Positions 45,430 to 58,869 of a stretch of DNA of 64,000 nucleotides are shown one piece after another; positions within the stretch are counted from its first letter, which is position 1, and each line of letters opens with the position of its first letter. The notes below the pieces were generated by a model. It was not told the DNA's origin and made no database searches. It worked only from the letters and a program-made list of their open reading frames with translations. The position numbers and the translations under genes are program-made. The stretch is taken from the NCBI GenBank assembly GCA_014905635.1, contig JABVCE010000018.1, positions 496,001 through 560,000 of the forward strand, in the 5' to 3' direction. The stretch comes from Scenedesmus sp. PABB004. Its lineage: Eukaryota.

Positions 45430-47834
45430 ATGCGGTTAAGGGCGCTGCAGCCGTCGCTATGCTGCGCGGCGCCGGCACGGGAGCGGCGGCGGCGCTGCTT
45501 TCCGCGCGCAGCAGCGGCCAGCGGCCCGCACCCGCCGGCGCAGACGCCCGACCAGCAGCAGCAGGGGCGCCTGCAGCAGCAGGCGAGCAGCAGCAGCAGC
45601 TGGTGGGCGGCGCAGCTCGCGGGCCCCCGCGCGGCGGCGGCGCTGGCGGGCGCGATCGCGCTCTCGCTCGCGTCGGGCGGCGGCGGCCGCCGCGCGGCCG
45701 CGCTGGCGGCGAGCATGCCGCCCTGGCCGGCTGCCGCGTCCACGGCAGCGCAGGCGCCGCCCGAGCTCGAGCGCAGCGCGCTCGCGGCCGGCGCCGGCGC
45801 CGCCGCCGCGGCGGCGCCGCCCGCCGCGGCGGGGCCGCCCGCCGCGAGGGGCCAGGAGGAGCTGCTCGCGCACGAGCGCGCGACGGTCGCGCTGTTCGAG
45901 GCCGCGTCGCCGAGCGTGGTCAACATCTGCCACCTGAGAAGCATGTCTTCGTTCCATACGCTTGACGTCCACCGCATGGCCGTGGGCCAGGGCAGCGGCT
46001 TCATCTGGGACACCGCCGGCCACGTGGTGACCAACTATCATGTCATCCGCGGCGCGGCCGAGGTGAAGGTCACGCTGCACGACCACAGCAGCTGTACCGC
46101 TCGCGTAGTCGGCGTCGACGCGGCCAAGGACATCGCGGGTGCGCGGCGGGCGTGGCGCTGCCGCGCCTGCCGCACAGCGCGCGCCCGCCGCGGCGGCGGC
46201 GCGGGGGCGGGCGCGGGCGGCGACGCGGGTGCGCGGGCGGGCCGGGGGCACAGCCCGGCGGCGGCGCCGCCCGAGCGCGCCGCCTGCGCCCTCGCGCGCG
46301 TGTGCCGCCGCGCCGCGCAGTGCTCAAGCTGGCGCTGCCGCGGGCGCGGCTCGAGGCTCTCACGCCGGTCAAGCTCGGCTTGAGCGGCCGGCTGCGCGTC
46401 GGGCAGACGGTGCTTGCGCTGGGCAACCCGTTCGGCCTGGTGCGGCTCGCTGGGCCGCGCGGCGGGCCGCGGCGCGCGGCACGGCGCGGCTCGCCGGGCT
46501 CACGCGCGGGCCCGACGCTCCGCGCGCGCCCGTGCCGCGCGGCGCAGGACCACACGCTCACGCAGGGCGTCGTGAGCGGGCTCGGTCGCGAGCTGAGCAC
46601 GGGGCTGTCGGCCGTCACGGGCGTCATCCAGACCGACGCGGCGATAAACCCCGGTGCGCCGCTAAACCCTGGCCGCACATGCGCTGCGCGGCGCGCCGGG
46701 ACGGGCGGCGCGCCGCGCGCCGCCGCTGCGACCGCCCACGCCGCCCCGCGCTGCGGCCGCCCGCCGCCGCCGGCAGGCAACAGCGGCGGCGTGCTGCTCA
46801 ACAGCCAGGTGCGCCGCGCGCGCGCGCGCGCGCGCCCTCTCCCTCAGGCCCTCCTGCCAGGCGGCGCAGCGCTCGCCGCGAGGGGGCCCTCGCCCCGACG
46901 CGCGCGCGCGCGCGCGGCCGCGAGCCAGCCCGGCGCCCCCGCGCCCGCGGCCGCGCGCGCACCGCGCAGGGCGCTGTGGTGGGCGTCAACCTCGGCATCA
47001 TGGACCCCAGCGGCAAGGGCAGCTTCTCCGGCGTGGGCTTTGCCATCCCCATCGACACCGTGCGCGGCCTGGTGGACCAGATTCTGGTGCACGGACGCGT
47101 GCGGCGGTGCGCGGCGCGGCGCCGCGGCGGCGCGGCGCGCGCCCGCCGGCGCCGCCCGCGCCGTCCGCGCCGCGCGTGCGAGCCCCAACCCGCCCCCGCG
47201 CCCGCCCCTGCGCGCCCTGCAGGCCCAGCCTCGGCATCACGCTCGCGCCAGAGGCGGTGCGCGCCGCGGCCCTCGCCGCCCACGCCGCCTCCACCGTGCC
47301 TGCCGCGCCGCGCGCGCGCGCGCGCGCGCCCGCGCCCGCGCGCGCCGCCCGCCCACGGCGCGCCGCCGCCGGCCCGCCGCGCGCGGCCGCGCAGGTGCTG
47401 GCGCAGCTGGGCACCGAGGGCGTGCTCGTGCTGCTCGCGCCCGCCAACACGCCCGCCGCGGCGGCGGGGCTGCGACCGACGTACCGAGACGTGTTTGGGG
47501 ACATCGTGCTCGGCGGTGCGCGGCGCGGCGCGCGCGCAGGGTTGAGGAGTGTGGGCGCTGCGCATGGGGCGCGGGCGGGAGGGGCGCCGCCGGGCGGCTC
47601 GTGGCCCGCCTGCTCACAGCCCGCGCGCGCCCGCCGCCCGTGGTCCGCGGCGCCGGGCGTCCAGACATCATCGTGGGCGTCGACACGCGGCCAATCCGCA
47701 GCGTCGCCGACCTCGTGGCCGCGCTCGACGAGCGGCGCCCGGGCGACAAGGTGCGCTGCGACGTGCTGCGCGATGGCAAGCGCCTGTCGATGACCGTCAC
47801 GCTCGGCGAGCGCGGCACGTCCGAGTGCGTATGA
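45430..47834 (+). CDS. Deg/HtrA serine protease with PDZ domain (DEG1-like, plastid)
   Basis: [106 protein letters not shown]. Confidence 0.92.
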
Positions 47835-47998
47835 ACGCGCGCCCCGCAACGGCATCCGGCGTGCGGGCTGCGGGCGAGCCCTTCCCGCGCGCACGTCGGG
47901 GTGCAGCCTCGCTGGCAGCTGCTGGAAGGTCGCCACCGTTGTGCTGCTGGGCGGCGGCTGAGCGCGTGGGCCGCCAGCAACTGCTGTTGGGTCGCTGA

Positions 47999-50243
47999 CG
48001 CCTGCGCCTCGCCAAGCTCCGCCGCCGCCGCGCGCGCGGAGGCCGCGGCGGCCGACGGCGGCGGGCAACGGCAGGTTGCGAGCACGCTCGCCTGAGCTCG
48101 CACAAGTGCAGGGCGTGCTGTGGTGAGCAGGGGGCTCGCTGCAACGCCGCCCAAGCGCCGCGCTTTTGGCGTCGCTGCCGCGCCGCGACGCTTTGACACG
48201 CCGCACGCGCACACTTCCCGGGCGCCCCACGCCAGCGCCGGCATCGCCCACAGTCGCCCCGCGAGCAGCAGCAGCAGCCCCGCAGCCCGCCACGCCGCCC
48301 GCCGCTGTGGGCAGCGCGCGCGCCGCTGCTGTGAGCGCTCCCTGCTTCGGCGCGGCTTCCTCACCGCTGCCTGCGTCCAGAGAGCGTGAGAGTGAGCCCG
48401 TCTAGCCAGGCCGCAGGCGATCGCGCGTCGCCGAGCTCGCTGCCGCGCGCGCGGTCGTTTGAATCGCCGCCGTCTGTCGACGACGCGCCGCCATGGCCGC
48501 CGTGCCCGACTTCAGCCGCTAATTCGAGAACATGACGTTCAGCGACTGCACCCTGCGCCTGTTTGAGGAGCCAGGCGACGGTCACGACCGCGGCGGCGGC
48601 GGCAAGCGGCAGCGCGACGAGATCGTGCTGCCGGGGCACTCCATGTTCCTGGCCGGCGTGTCGCCCGTCTTCCAGGCCAAGGTGCGGCAGGGGGCCCGGC
48701 TGCTGGGCACACATGGCTGGCGCGGCCTGGCGCCGCACGGCGCAGCACGCCACGCGCCGACGCGGCGCGCCCGCCGACGCTCGCCGCTCTGCCCCGGCAC
48801 ACGCCCGCGCGCGCAGCTGGAGAACTGGAGCGACGCTGAGCCGGCGCGCAAGCGCGCGCGTGGCAGCGTGTCCGCTGCGGCCGGCAGGCAGCAGCACAGC
48901 CTGGCGCTGGCGGTGCCGCGCGGGCAGCTCGAGGTGGGGCGCCTGCTGCTGCAGGCCGCGTACGCGGCGCAGCCTGCCAGCACCCTGGCGGGCGCCGAGC
49001 AGGAGCGGCTGCTGCAGCTGCTGGTGCTGGCGGACCGCTATGAGGTCGCCAAGGTGACAGCGGCGGCGGGCGACGCCCTGGCAGCGGTGCCACTGAAGCA
49101 GCTGGCATGGAGCACCGTGGCGGCAGTGCACGCGCTGCCGCCGGGCTGCGCAGAGCTGCCGGTGCTGCGCAGCATCTTCAAGGCCGTGGCGGACAAGGTG
49201 CAGGCAGAGCTGGGCGACCTGGAGCTGGTGTGGGGCGAGGGCGAGGGCAGCCCCAGGCAGCTGGCGCTGCTGTACCTGCCGCACGGCGAGCTGAAGCAGC
49301 TGCTGGCGGACGAGCGCACGCGCGTGGCGAGCGAGAACACCGTGTGCTACACCATCATCAAGTGGGCGGAGCGCCAGGCCGGGCCGCTGCCGGCGGCGCT
49401 GGCCAAGGAGCTGGTGGCGCTGGTGCGCATGCGGCACGTGACCCAGCTGTACTTCTGCGGCGTCGCCAGCCAGAGCGGCCCGTTCCAGGCGGGCTTCACG
49501 CCCGGCGAGCTCATGGCGGCGTCCGCGCTGTGCAGCCGCGGCGCGCCAGCGGAAGACCACTTTGACGCGCTCACCAAGCTGCCCAGCCTGCCCAGCTTTC
49601 CCGCCTGGAGCGCGCCGGCGCGCCCGGTGTCGTTCCTGGAGCGGCTCGCGCTGGACTGGTGCGTCAGTGCAGCCAGGCTGCGCACGCTGGTTGAGGAGCA
49701 CCTGCAGCAGGGCCACACGTCAGTCTTCAACTGCAACGCGCTTGCCTGGTCGGGCGTGGCGCTGTCCCTCCGCGTGAGCATCTCAAAGGCTCGCGGCGAG
49801 GAGGTGGGGCCGCCGCGCACCAACCTGGGCCTCTACCTGTGTGCCACCGACCTGCCCGAGGGCGCCGTCGTCAGCGTCGAGACGACCTCGCTGAGCCTGC
49901 GCGCGGCGCCGGGTGGCCAGCACGGCGACGAGGTCAAGGGGCCTCGCAACTTCGGCTTCAGCAACGCAGCAAGCTGCTGGGGCTATCGGGGCATGTTCAG
50001 TCTGGGCCACATCGGCAGCTGGGCGGACGCAGAGGCAGCGCTGCGGCGCGCGGGCCTGCTGCACACCTACGGCGTGGCCTGCCGCGCCGTGGTGATGCGC
50101 GTGCTGTGAGCTGTGATGAGCCGGGGCGCGTGCGGCAGGGATGCTTGATCGATGGAAGCCAGCGGCTGTGCGCTTGCGCTGGGTCTGACTGCTTGCCTCT
50201 GAGCTGCCGCGGCGTGTGCTGTGTGTGCCCATGACGGTGCTGC
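47999..50243 (+). repeat. Segmental duplication, arm 2 (inverted copy of 1890-4179)
   Basis: Alignable through 5' flank, intron, CDS and 3' flank; begins with a 19/21-nt match to the last RPC2 codons. Confidence 0.9.
48493..50109 (+). CDS. BTB/POZ-BACK domain protein, copy 2 (2 exons)
   Basis: [13 protein letters not shown] start at 48493 meets an in-frame TAA at 48520-48522 where copy 1 has TAC; the next ATG is 48532. [49 protein letters not shown]. Confidence 0.85.
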
Positions 50244-50437
50244 CAGGCGCTGGCTGCGCACGCTAACAGTTGTCAGGGCGCTGTGTGCTGCTACCCACAA
50301 GCGCACCCCGCCCCGCCGCGCTGCACGCCGCCGTCCCGCCGCACGCGCGCCCGGCCCGCCGGCCTGGCTGCCGCACGCCCGGTCCACGCTCGGCCACGCG
50401 CGCAGGCAGGCCGTGGGCGAGCGGCGCTCTCGCCGCG

Positions 50438-51784
50438 CTACGCGGCCGCCGGCTGCGCCGCCTGCCCGGCGCCGCCAGCGCTGCTGCCGCCGCCCGACAC
50501 GATGGCGCCGTCTGGCTGGATGTGGTGCCAGCTGAACGTCGAGTTGGTGTAGCAGCAGCAGTCCGCCGCGATGCCCTGCGCCGGCGCCGCAGGCGGTGCG
50601 GCGCGCGGGCCGCGCGGCGTGGGCGGGCGCGCGCGCGGCGCCGCGCCGGGGGGGTGGCGCGTGCGGCCCACACGCAGGGCGCGCGGGCAGGGCGGCCGCC
50701 GCCGCCGCACGCACCATCGCGGTGCGCGCGACGTCAAAGAGCGACATCCCCAGCGCGCCGCCGAGCCGCTCGCCCCCCGGCGCCGCCTGGTCGGCGCGCA
50801 GCTGCAGCAGCGCGCGCGCCGCCGCCTCTGCGAAGTCAGCGCCGCTGCCGATGGCCATCACGCCGTCGGCGCCCGCCTCGAGCACGTCGCCGTTGCCCAT
50901 GAGCCACAGCGTGCTGCCCGCGTCCGCGACGACCAGGCTCGCGTCGAGCTCGCGCAGGAGCTTGTCCTGCAAGCGCGCGCCGCGGGGCGTGTCAGGCGGC
51001 GGCGCGCCAGGCGCGGCCGCGCAGCGCAGCGCGGCGCCCACCGCCTTGCGTGGTGCCGGCGGCGCCGCCCGCCCGCCCGCGTGTGCAGCCCCCACCTGGC
51101 GCCACATCTTGGCCAGCTCCACCGCCGCGCGCTGCAGCTGCCCGGGGTGCTCCTCCAGCTTGGCCTCGAGCCGCTCCAGCAGCGCGAGGCCGTCCACCGC
51201 GACGCCAGCAAAGCCCGCCACCGCCGTCGCGCCGACGCGGCGCACCTGGCGGCGCCGCCCCCGAGCGCGCGCGTGTGCGCGTGCGGCGGGCGGGTGGGCT
51301 GGCCCGCCCCGCCCGCAGCGTAGTCATTCAGCGCGGCGCAGTCGTTCACCTTTTTGACGTTCGACTTCACGATGAAGTCGCCCTGCGTGGCCTGGCCGTC
51401 GCCCATGATGACCACCTCGCTGCCCTGGCGCACGCACAGGATGGTCGTCGAGTGCCGGCCGCCGCCGCCGCCGCCGGCGGCGGCCCACGCGGCGCACGCG
51501 CGCCGGGCCTCCTGCTGCTGCTGCTGCTGCTGCGCCGGCCACGGCGCCGCGGCCTGCGGCGGCCCACAACCCAGCCAGCGCGCCGCGCCGGCCGCCGCCG
51601 GCAGCTGCGCCAGCAGGCCTGGGGAGGGGGCGTGGGCATGGGGGGTGGGGTGCGGTGTGGCGCGTCGCGGGCGGCAGCAGCGCTCCTCGCCTGCCGCTGC
51701 TCGCGCCCGAGCGCGCCGCGCACCGCCGCCGGCGGCGCCAGCCCTGCCCAGCAGGGAGCGCAGCCCCAGCGCCAGGGCCGACAT
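50438..51784 (-). CDS. HslV: Mitochondrial HslV/ClpQ threonine protease
   Basis: Presequence followed by [98 protein letters not shown]. Confidence 0.92.
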
Positions 51785-52167
51785 GTGCGGGCAGCGTCGC
51801 CGGACGGCGGGCGGCGTGCGGCGAACGGCAGCGGCGCAGCGGCAGCAGCGCGGCGCGCGGCGTGGGCGACAGCTACGTGCGGCCCGTGACAGGGCGCGGC
51901 ACAGGCGGTGGATGAGTCTGAGATGTGAAGGGCACCCGCGCCCAAGCGCCGCGTCGCGCGGCTTGAAGCGCTGCGGCGGTCCAGCTGCTGCGGCGCCGCC
52001 CCGACCTGCTGCGCTGCTGTCCGGCGCCAGCCGCACACCCGCGCCACCCACGCCGTCCTGCCGCGAACGCGCCCGGCGCGCATCGATCCTCGCGCCGCAC
52101 GCCGCGCTTCCGGTTGGCGCTGCTCGCGCGCCCGCGCAGCGCCGCCGCGGGCGTGGGGTCGGTCGGC

Positions 52168-53352
<1,185 letters not shown>

Positions 53353-53507
53353 GCCCGGCGGCGGCGCGGGGCGTGTGTGTGACCGAGCGCCGCCGCCGCC
53401 ACTGAGCCGCCGGCAGCAGCCTCGGCGCCCCTCTGGCTGCCTGCGTTTGAGTTGCAAATTCCCCAGAGCCCCCGACCGCGCCAGCCCCGCGCCGGCGCCG
53501 CGCGCGC

Positions 53508-54583
53508 TCAGCGCGTGAGCTCTGCCACCGGCGGCGCCGGCGGCGCGCCAAAGCCCAGGCCCGGCAGCAGTGTGCTGATGAAGGCGTCCGCCGCGCTGAT
53601 GTCCCACGTCTCCTCGTGACGCGTGATCAGCCCTGCGCGCGGCGCGCGGCGCTCGCGCCGCGCCTGCAGCCGTGCCCGGGCGGGCGGCGTGCCCAGGCGG
53701 GCGGCGTGCCCAGGCGGGCCGCGGCCGCGTGCCGGGGGCTGCCGGGGGCTGCCGGCCTCACCGCTGGCCTCGTCGAGCGTGTAGACCGTTGTGCCGGTAT
53801 AGGGCTTGATTGGCAGGCCGCCTGCGCGCGGCGGCGGCGACGGCGGCGGCGGCGGGGTGCGCGCGCCGCGCGCAGGAGCCAGCGGCGGCGCGCTGCGCCG
53901 CCACAGCACGGCGCGGCCCCGCGGCGCGCACCGAGCTTGAGCCGCCCCTCGAGGCGCCAGCGGAGCGTCAGCGAGTTCGGGCCGCTGACGGCGGCGTCGA
54001 CCAGGTCGGCGCGCGACGCGTCGGGGTCAAACAGCGCCGCGACGGCGGCGGTGTAGCGGGCCACGCCTGCGCCAGGGCGGGCGGCGCGGGCGCGTGGGCG
54101 CGGCGAGGGCCGCGCGCGCAGCCCTCGTCGCACGGGCGCGCGGCGGCGGCGGCGCACCCTTGACGTTCGTGGTGGGGTCGATGAACACGGCCTGGGGGTC
54201 GTAGATTGAGGGAGTGAGCCGTCCGGTGGTGTAGTACTGCGGCAGGGGGCGGGCGGGGATGGCGGCCATCGGGCTGGAGCACGCTTCGATCGGCCAGCGC
54301 GCGCGCCGCGGCGCGCGCGGCGCCCGCCGCCGCTCGCCTGCGATTGAACGAAGTCTTCCTTCACCTGCGTGAGCGCCGCCTCCAGCCGCTCCGCCGGCAG
54401 CGCGGCCGCTGGCAGCGGCCAGCCAGCGGCGAGGAGCAGTGCTGCTGCCGCTGCCGCGCCTGCTGCGCCGCTGCCTGCCTGTGCTGCTGCCACCCTGACC
54501 GCTTCAGGGGAGCTTAAAGTGCGGCAGCTCCGCGAGAGCGGGCGCTGGCCCAGGGCGCGACCGGGCGCGGGCGAGCGGAGCAT
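53508..54583 (-). CDS. DUF2358/SnoaL-like (NTF2-fold) plastid-targeted protein
   Basis: EDFVQSQYYTTGRLTPSIYDPQAVFIDPTTNVKGVARY..LRWRLEGRLKL..IKPYTGTTVYTLDEASGLITRHEETWDISA. Confidence 0.8.
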
Positions 54584-54706
54584 CGCTGCTGTCGCGCCGC
54601 CGCCGCCGGGAGAGCTGGGGAGCGGGCTGCGCGCGCGCAGGCGGGCGACGGAATGGCCAGCGGGCGAGCGGCGGCGGTTCCGTTGCCGCTGCGCCCCGCG
54701 CCGCCG

Positions 54707-55303
54707 TCAGTCCACGTACTCGGTGCTTCTGAGCTTGCGCGCGCGCGCCGCGCCGCTGGGCGGCACCCCGCCGCCCAGCAGCGCCATCGCCAGCCCGCCC
54801 GCGCCGCTCGCGCCGGCGCCGCCGCCGTCGTACTGTTGGCTGTACCACACGACGCCCATCGCCACCACCAGCGTGAGCAGCAGCGCGCCAAAGTGCAGCC
54901 CGCCGAGGTGCTGCACCTGCGGGGGCGCGGCGCGGCACAGCGGCCCGTCACGCGGCGCACGCGACGCCGCCGCCGGCGCGCGGCGCACGCCGCGCCGCCG
55001 CGCCGGCTCGCCCGCGGCGGACCTGCGCGTATCCGAACACGCCGCCGCGCGTGACGATGATGATGTCGTTCAGGCCGTCGCCGTCAAAGTCGGCCACCAC
55101 CGCCGGCGCGGCGGGGGGAAACGCGACGTGGAAGGCCGCGAGCTCGTTGCCGTGCTCGCTCACCACCACGCCCGCGTCGTAGCCGACGGCGAGCACCGCG
55201 GTCGGCACCGCGTGCGGGCGCAGCGACAGCGGCACGAGCGTCGGCGCCGCGTCGCCGTCGCCGCTCTGCCAGCCGGTCGCGAGGTAGCGCTGTGGGTGGG
55301 TGG

Positions 55304-55390
<87 letters not shown>

Positions 55391-58300
55391 GAGTGGGGGG
55401 CAGGGGGTCGGCCAGCGCCGCAGGGCGGCAGCTCCCGCCCGCGCGCCCCGCACGCGAGGCGGCGGCGCCCCGCGGCATGGGCAAGCCCCCCCCCCCCTTC
55501 TCTCTGCGCGCCTGCCAGAGCTTCTCCCCGCGCGCGTTGACCGCGGTGACCACGCCGTCGCTGCCCATGACCATCACCAGGCCGTGCTGCCCGCGCAGGT
55601 GGCTGTAGCTCCCGTCCGCGCGCGGGACGGGCAGGAACACGGCCGGCAGGAACTGCGGCGGCGCGGGCGGGCAGGGCGGCGGCGCGTGGGCGGCAGGTGG
55701 CGGCAGCGGCGGCGGTGCGGACGGGGCCGCTGGCGCGTTAGCGTCCGCGGGCGCGGCGGTCGCACGTCGGGCGCGCCGGCCTCCTCCTCGTCCTGGCGCC
55801 CGCTGTCGAGCGCGTGCGCGAGGCCGTGCCGCGACGCGCAGACGTGCGTGCGCCAGAGCGTGTGCTTGGGCGGGATGCCGCTCGTCGCGACCGCCATGCA
55901 CCCGCCGAGCTGCGCGTGCGTCGGCAGGCCTGCCACGCCGAGCGGGCCGCCCGCGGCGGCTGCGCGGGGGTGCGGCGGCGCGCGGGCGGCGGGCGGTCGG
56001 CGTGCACGAGCGCGTGCGCGGACGCGTGCTGGCGCGCACAGCGCGCGCGCGCCCGCGCGGCGCGCGCCACTCACGGCCCGACCCCACCGCCACGTGGTCG
56101 ATTACGCCGTCCCCGTTGATGTCGGCGTGCAGCACGCCGGGCGGCAGGTGCAGCTTGCACAGCGTGCGCCCTGCGCGACACGCGGGCCGTCAGCGCGGGC
56201 CGTCCGCGCCGCCCCGCCGCTCTCCGCCACCCGCGCCGCCGGCGCGGCGCCGGCGCACCGGAGAAGAGGTGGACCACTTCAATGCCGTCCTGCACGTGGG
56301 CCACGATCGCGTTGGCGCTCGTGTTGTGCGCAAGGTGCGTGTGCCGCGCCGCCATGCCCGCGTGCGCCGCGGCCGCCGCGCCGGCGGCCGCCTGGCGCGA
56401 CACGACGAGCCCGCCGCGCGCCGCGGCGGCGGCGGCGGCCTTGGCCGTCGCCGCGCTGCCGCGCGAGGGGCCGAGCACGTGGGACAGGGAGAAGCCGGCG
56501 CTGCGCTGCCGTCGCGGGTGCAGGCTGGCGTGGCTCGCGCGGCCTGGGCGGCGGCGCGCGGGGGCGGCAGGCGCACGTGCGCGGTGTGAGCGGCGGCGGC
56601 GCGGGCCGCCTGCGTGCGCGTGCGGCGCTGTGGCGCGCCCGCACGCCGCCGCGCGCACCGCCCGACGCCGCCTTGGCGGCCGCGAGCTTGGCGAGCTGCT
56701 GCTTCTGCTGCCCCGCGCCCTCCTTGTGCTTGACGAACAGCGCCTCCTCCAGCCGGCTGTCAGCGGAGCTGCGGCGCGCCGGCGGGCGCAACGTGGGCGC
56801 TCGGCGGCCGTGGCGGGGCCCCCGGCGCGGCGCGGCGACGCCCCCACCGCGCCGCAGGGCGCCGCACCTGCTCCACTGCTGCGGCAGCACCGCGAGCAGG
56901 CTCTCCCGGAACTCGCGGCACGAGAGCTCGCCAAAGTGCCGCCCCGCGAGCGCGTCGGCGTGGATGCTGCGGGGGGCGGGGGGGGGGGGGGGGGGGGGGG
57001 GGGGGGAGGCGGGCGGCGCGCGGTGAGCGCGCTGCACCGCCTGGCTCGCACCGCCTGGCTTGCACCGCCGCCGCGCCCCCCCCCCCTGCGGCGGCGCACC
57101 GGAAGTCGTCCTGGGGCGTGAGCTCGTCGGCGCTGGCCTCCAGGTCGGTCTGGAACGCGCCGCTCGCGTGCTTCCACACGCTCTCGCCGCGGCCGCCCTC
57201 AAACGCATAGTAGCTGAAGTGGCGGCTCACGTCCACGCCGCCCGCCGCGCCGGGCGCGCGGTCCTGCGCACCGGCGGCGCCGCCCCGGCCCGCGCCCGGC
57301 GCGCGGCCGGTGAGCCCCGCGCCGCCGTGCGCGCGCGCCGCCTCCTCCGCCTCGAAGCGCAGCTCCTCCTCCAGCACGCCCTCCAGCAGCTTCGCCTCGC
57401 CCCCCGCGCCGCCGACGCCGCCGCCGGCGCCGCCGTCGGCCAGGCCCGCCTCGCCGGCCGCCGCCGCCTGGCGGTGGCGCGCGGGCGTGAGCGGGACTGC
57501 CGCGGGCGTGGCGCCGCTGGCGGGTTTTTCTGCGCGCCGCGCCGCGCCGCCGCACCTCCATGTCGCCGAGCTCGAGGCTGCCGCCCACGACCACCAGGCC
57601 GCGGCTGTCCTGCCGCACCTGGTGCGGCGTGATGATCACGGCCACCTGCGCCGCGGCCGCGGGGCGGACGAGCGGCGGGCTCGCCGCGCCGCGCCGGCGC
57701 CAGGCCGCCGGCGCCTCCGCGCCGCGCCCGCGCCGCGGCGCCGCACCTCGGCGAGGCGCGCGTTGCGCGGCAGGCTCTCCTCTATGGCCGTCTCCCACAT
57801 GAGCTGAAGGTTGTGGTCAAACGCGAGCACCTGCCAGCTCGACGTGACCACGACGAGCACCTGCTTCCGCGCCGGCCGCACCTTCTCGCGCGGCTCAGGG
57901 TCGATGAACCCCGCGGCCATCGCCACCTGCGCGGCGGTGCGACCGCGTTGCTGCGGGGCGCTGCGGCGGCTGCTGCTGTGGGCCGCCGCCGCCGGCGGCG
58001 CCGCCGCCCCCGCGCGCTCACCGGCCGGCGGTCGCGGCCCAGCATAACCTTCTGCGGCAGCAGGCTGAAGCTCTGCACCACCTCCACGGGCGCAAAGCCC
58101 TCGCCCGCCCGCCCCGGCGGCTCTGGGCGCACCAGCTGCGGCGGCGCGCGGCCGCGGCGTGAGCGGCGGCGCGCGCGGCCGCGCGTCCGCTGCTGCCGCT
58201 GGCGCACGGGCGACCGACCGCCGCACCTGCAGCTTGTAGTCATGCGTGGCGATGATGACCTCCAGGTGGCCATCGCCGTTGAGGTCGGCCTGTAGGCGGC

Positions 58301-58668
58301 GCGCGCGCAGCTGGCGGTGTGCCGGCGGCAGCGGCCTGCGCCAACCGCTGCTGCTGCCGCGCGACCGAGCGCCGCGTGCCGCGCCGCGCACCACGAGCGG
58401 GGGCGGCAGGTCCTCGATGCGGTCCTGCAGCAGGTCCAGCCGGTCCGACTCCGTCAGCGTCACATGGTACCTGTGCGCGGCCGGGCGGCGCCGCTGATGG
58501 GTCGGCGCGAACCGCCGCCCCCGCCGCCGCTGCCTGGGTCTTGCTGCGGCCTGGTCGGCGTCGGCGCACGCACCAGGCCTTGCGGAAGCTGAAGTTGTCC
58601 TCGTACTGCAGGCACAGGAAGAGCGCGAAGCACGAGAGCAGCAGCACCGCGACGTCGCGCTTGTACAT
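54707..58668 (-). CDS. FG-GAP repeat membrane protein (NERD1/At3g51050-like)
   Basis: MYKRDVAVLLLSCFALFLCLQYEDNFSFRKAW; FG-GAP motifs ADLNGDGHLEV, HADINGDGVIDHV, ADFDGDGLNDII; HFSYYAFEG; C-terminal TM. Confidence 0.85.
55308..55388. repeat. (GT)n microsatellite, intronic
   Basis: ~80 bp GT run. Confidence 0.95.
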
Positions 58669-58869
58669 CGTGCACGCGCCACCCAGACCGCGCCCCGGCC
58701 GCTCACGATCGCCGCACCCCGGCCGCACGCCGCTGGCCGGCAGGGCGCACGCGCCAGGGGCCCCGGCGCCGCGGCGGCGCCGCAAGACCGCCGCCGAGCC
58801 CTGCTCGAACGACCGCTGCCGCGCACGACGCCCGGGGCGCACAGTCGGCCCTCGCGGGCTCCAGGCGCG

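Noticed and set aside
50438..51784. HslV as recent bacterial horizontal transfer
   Set aside because: It has spliceosomal introns and a presequence; mitochondrial HslV is already known in green algae and many protists.
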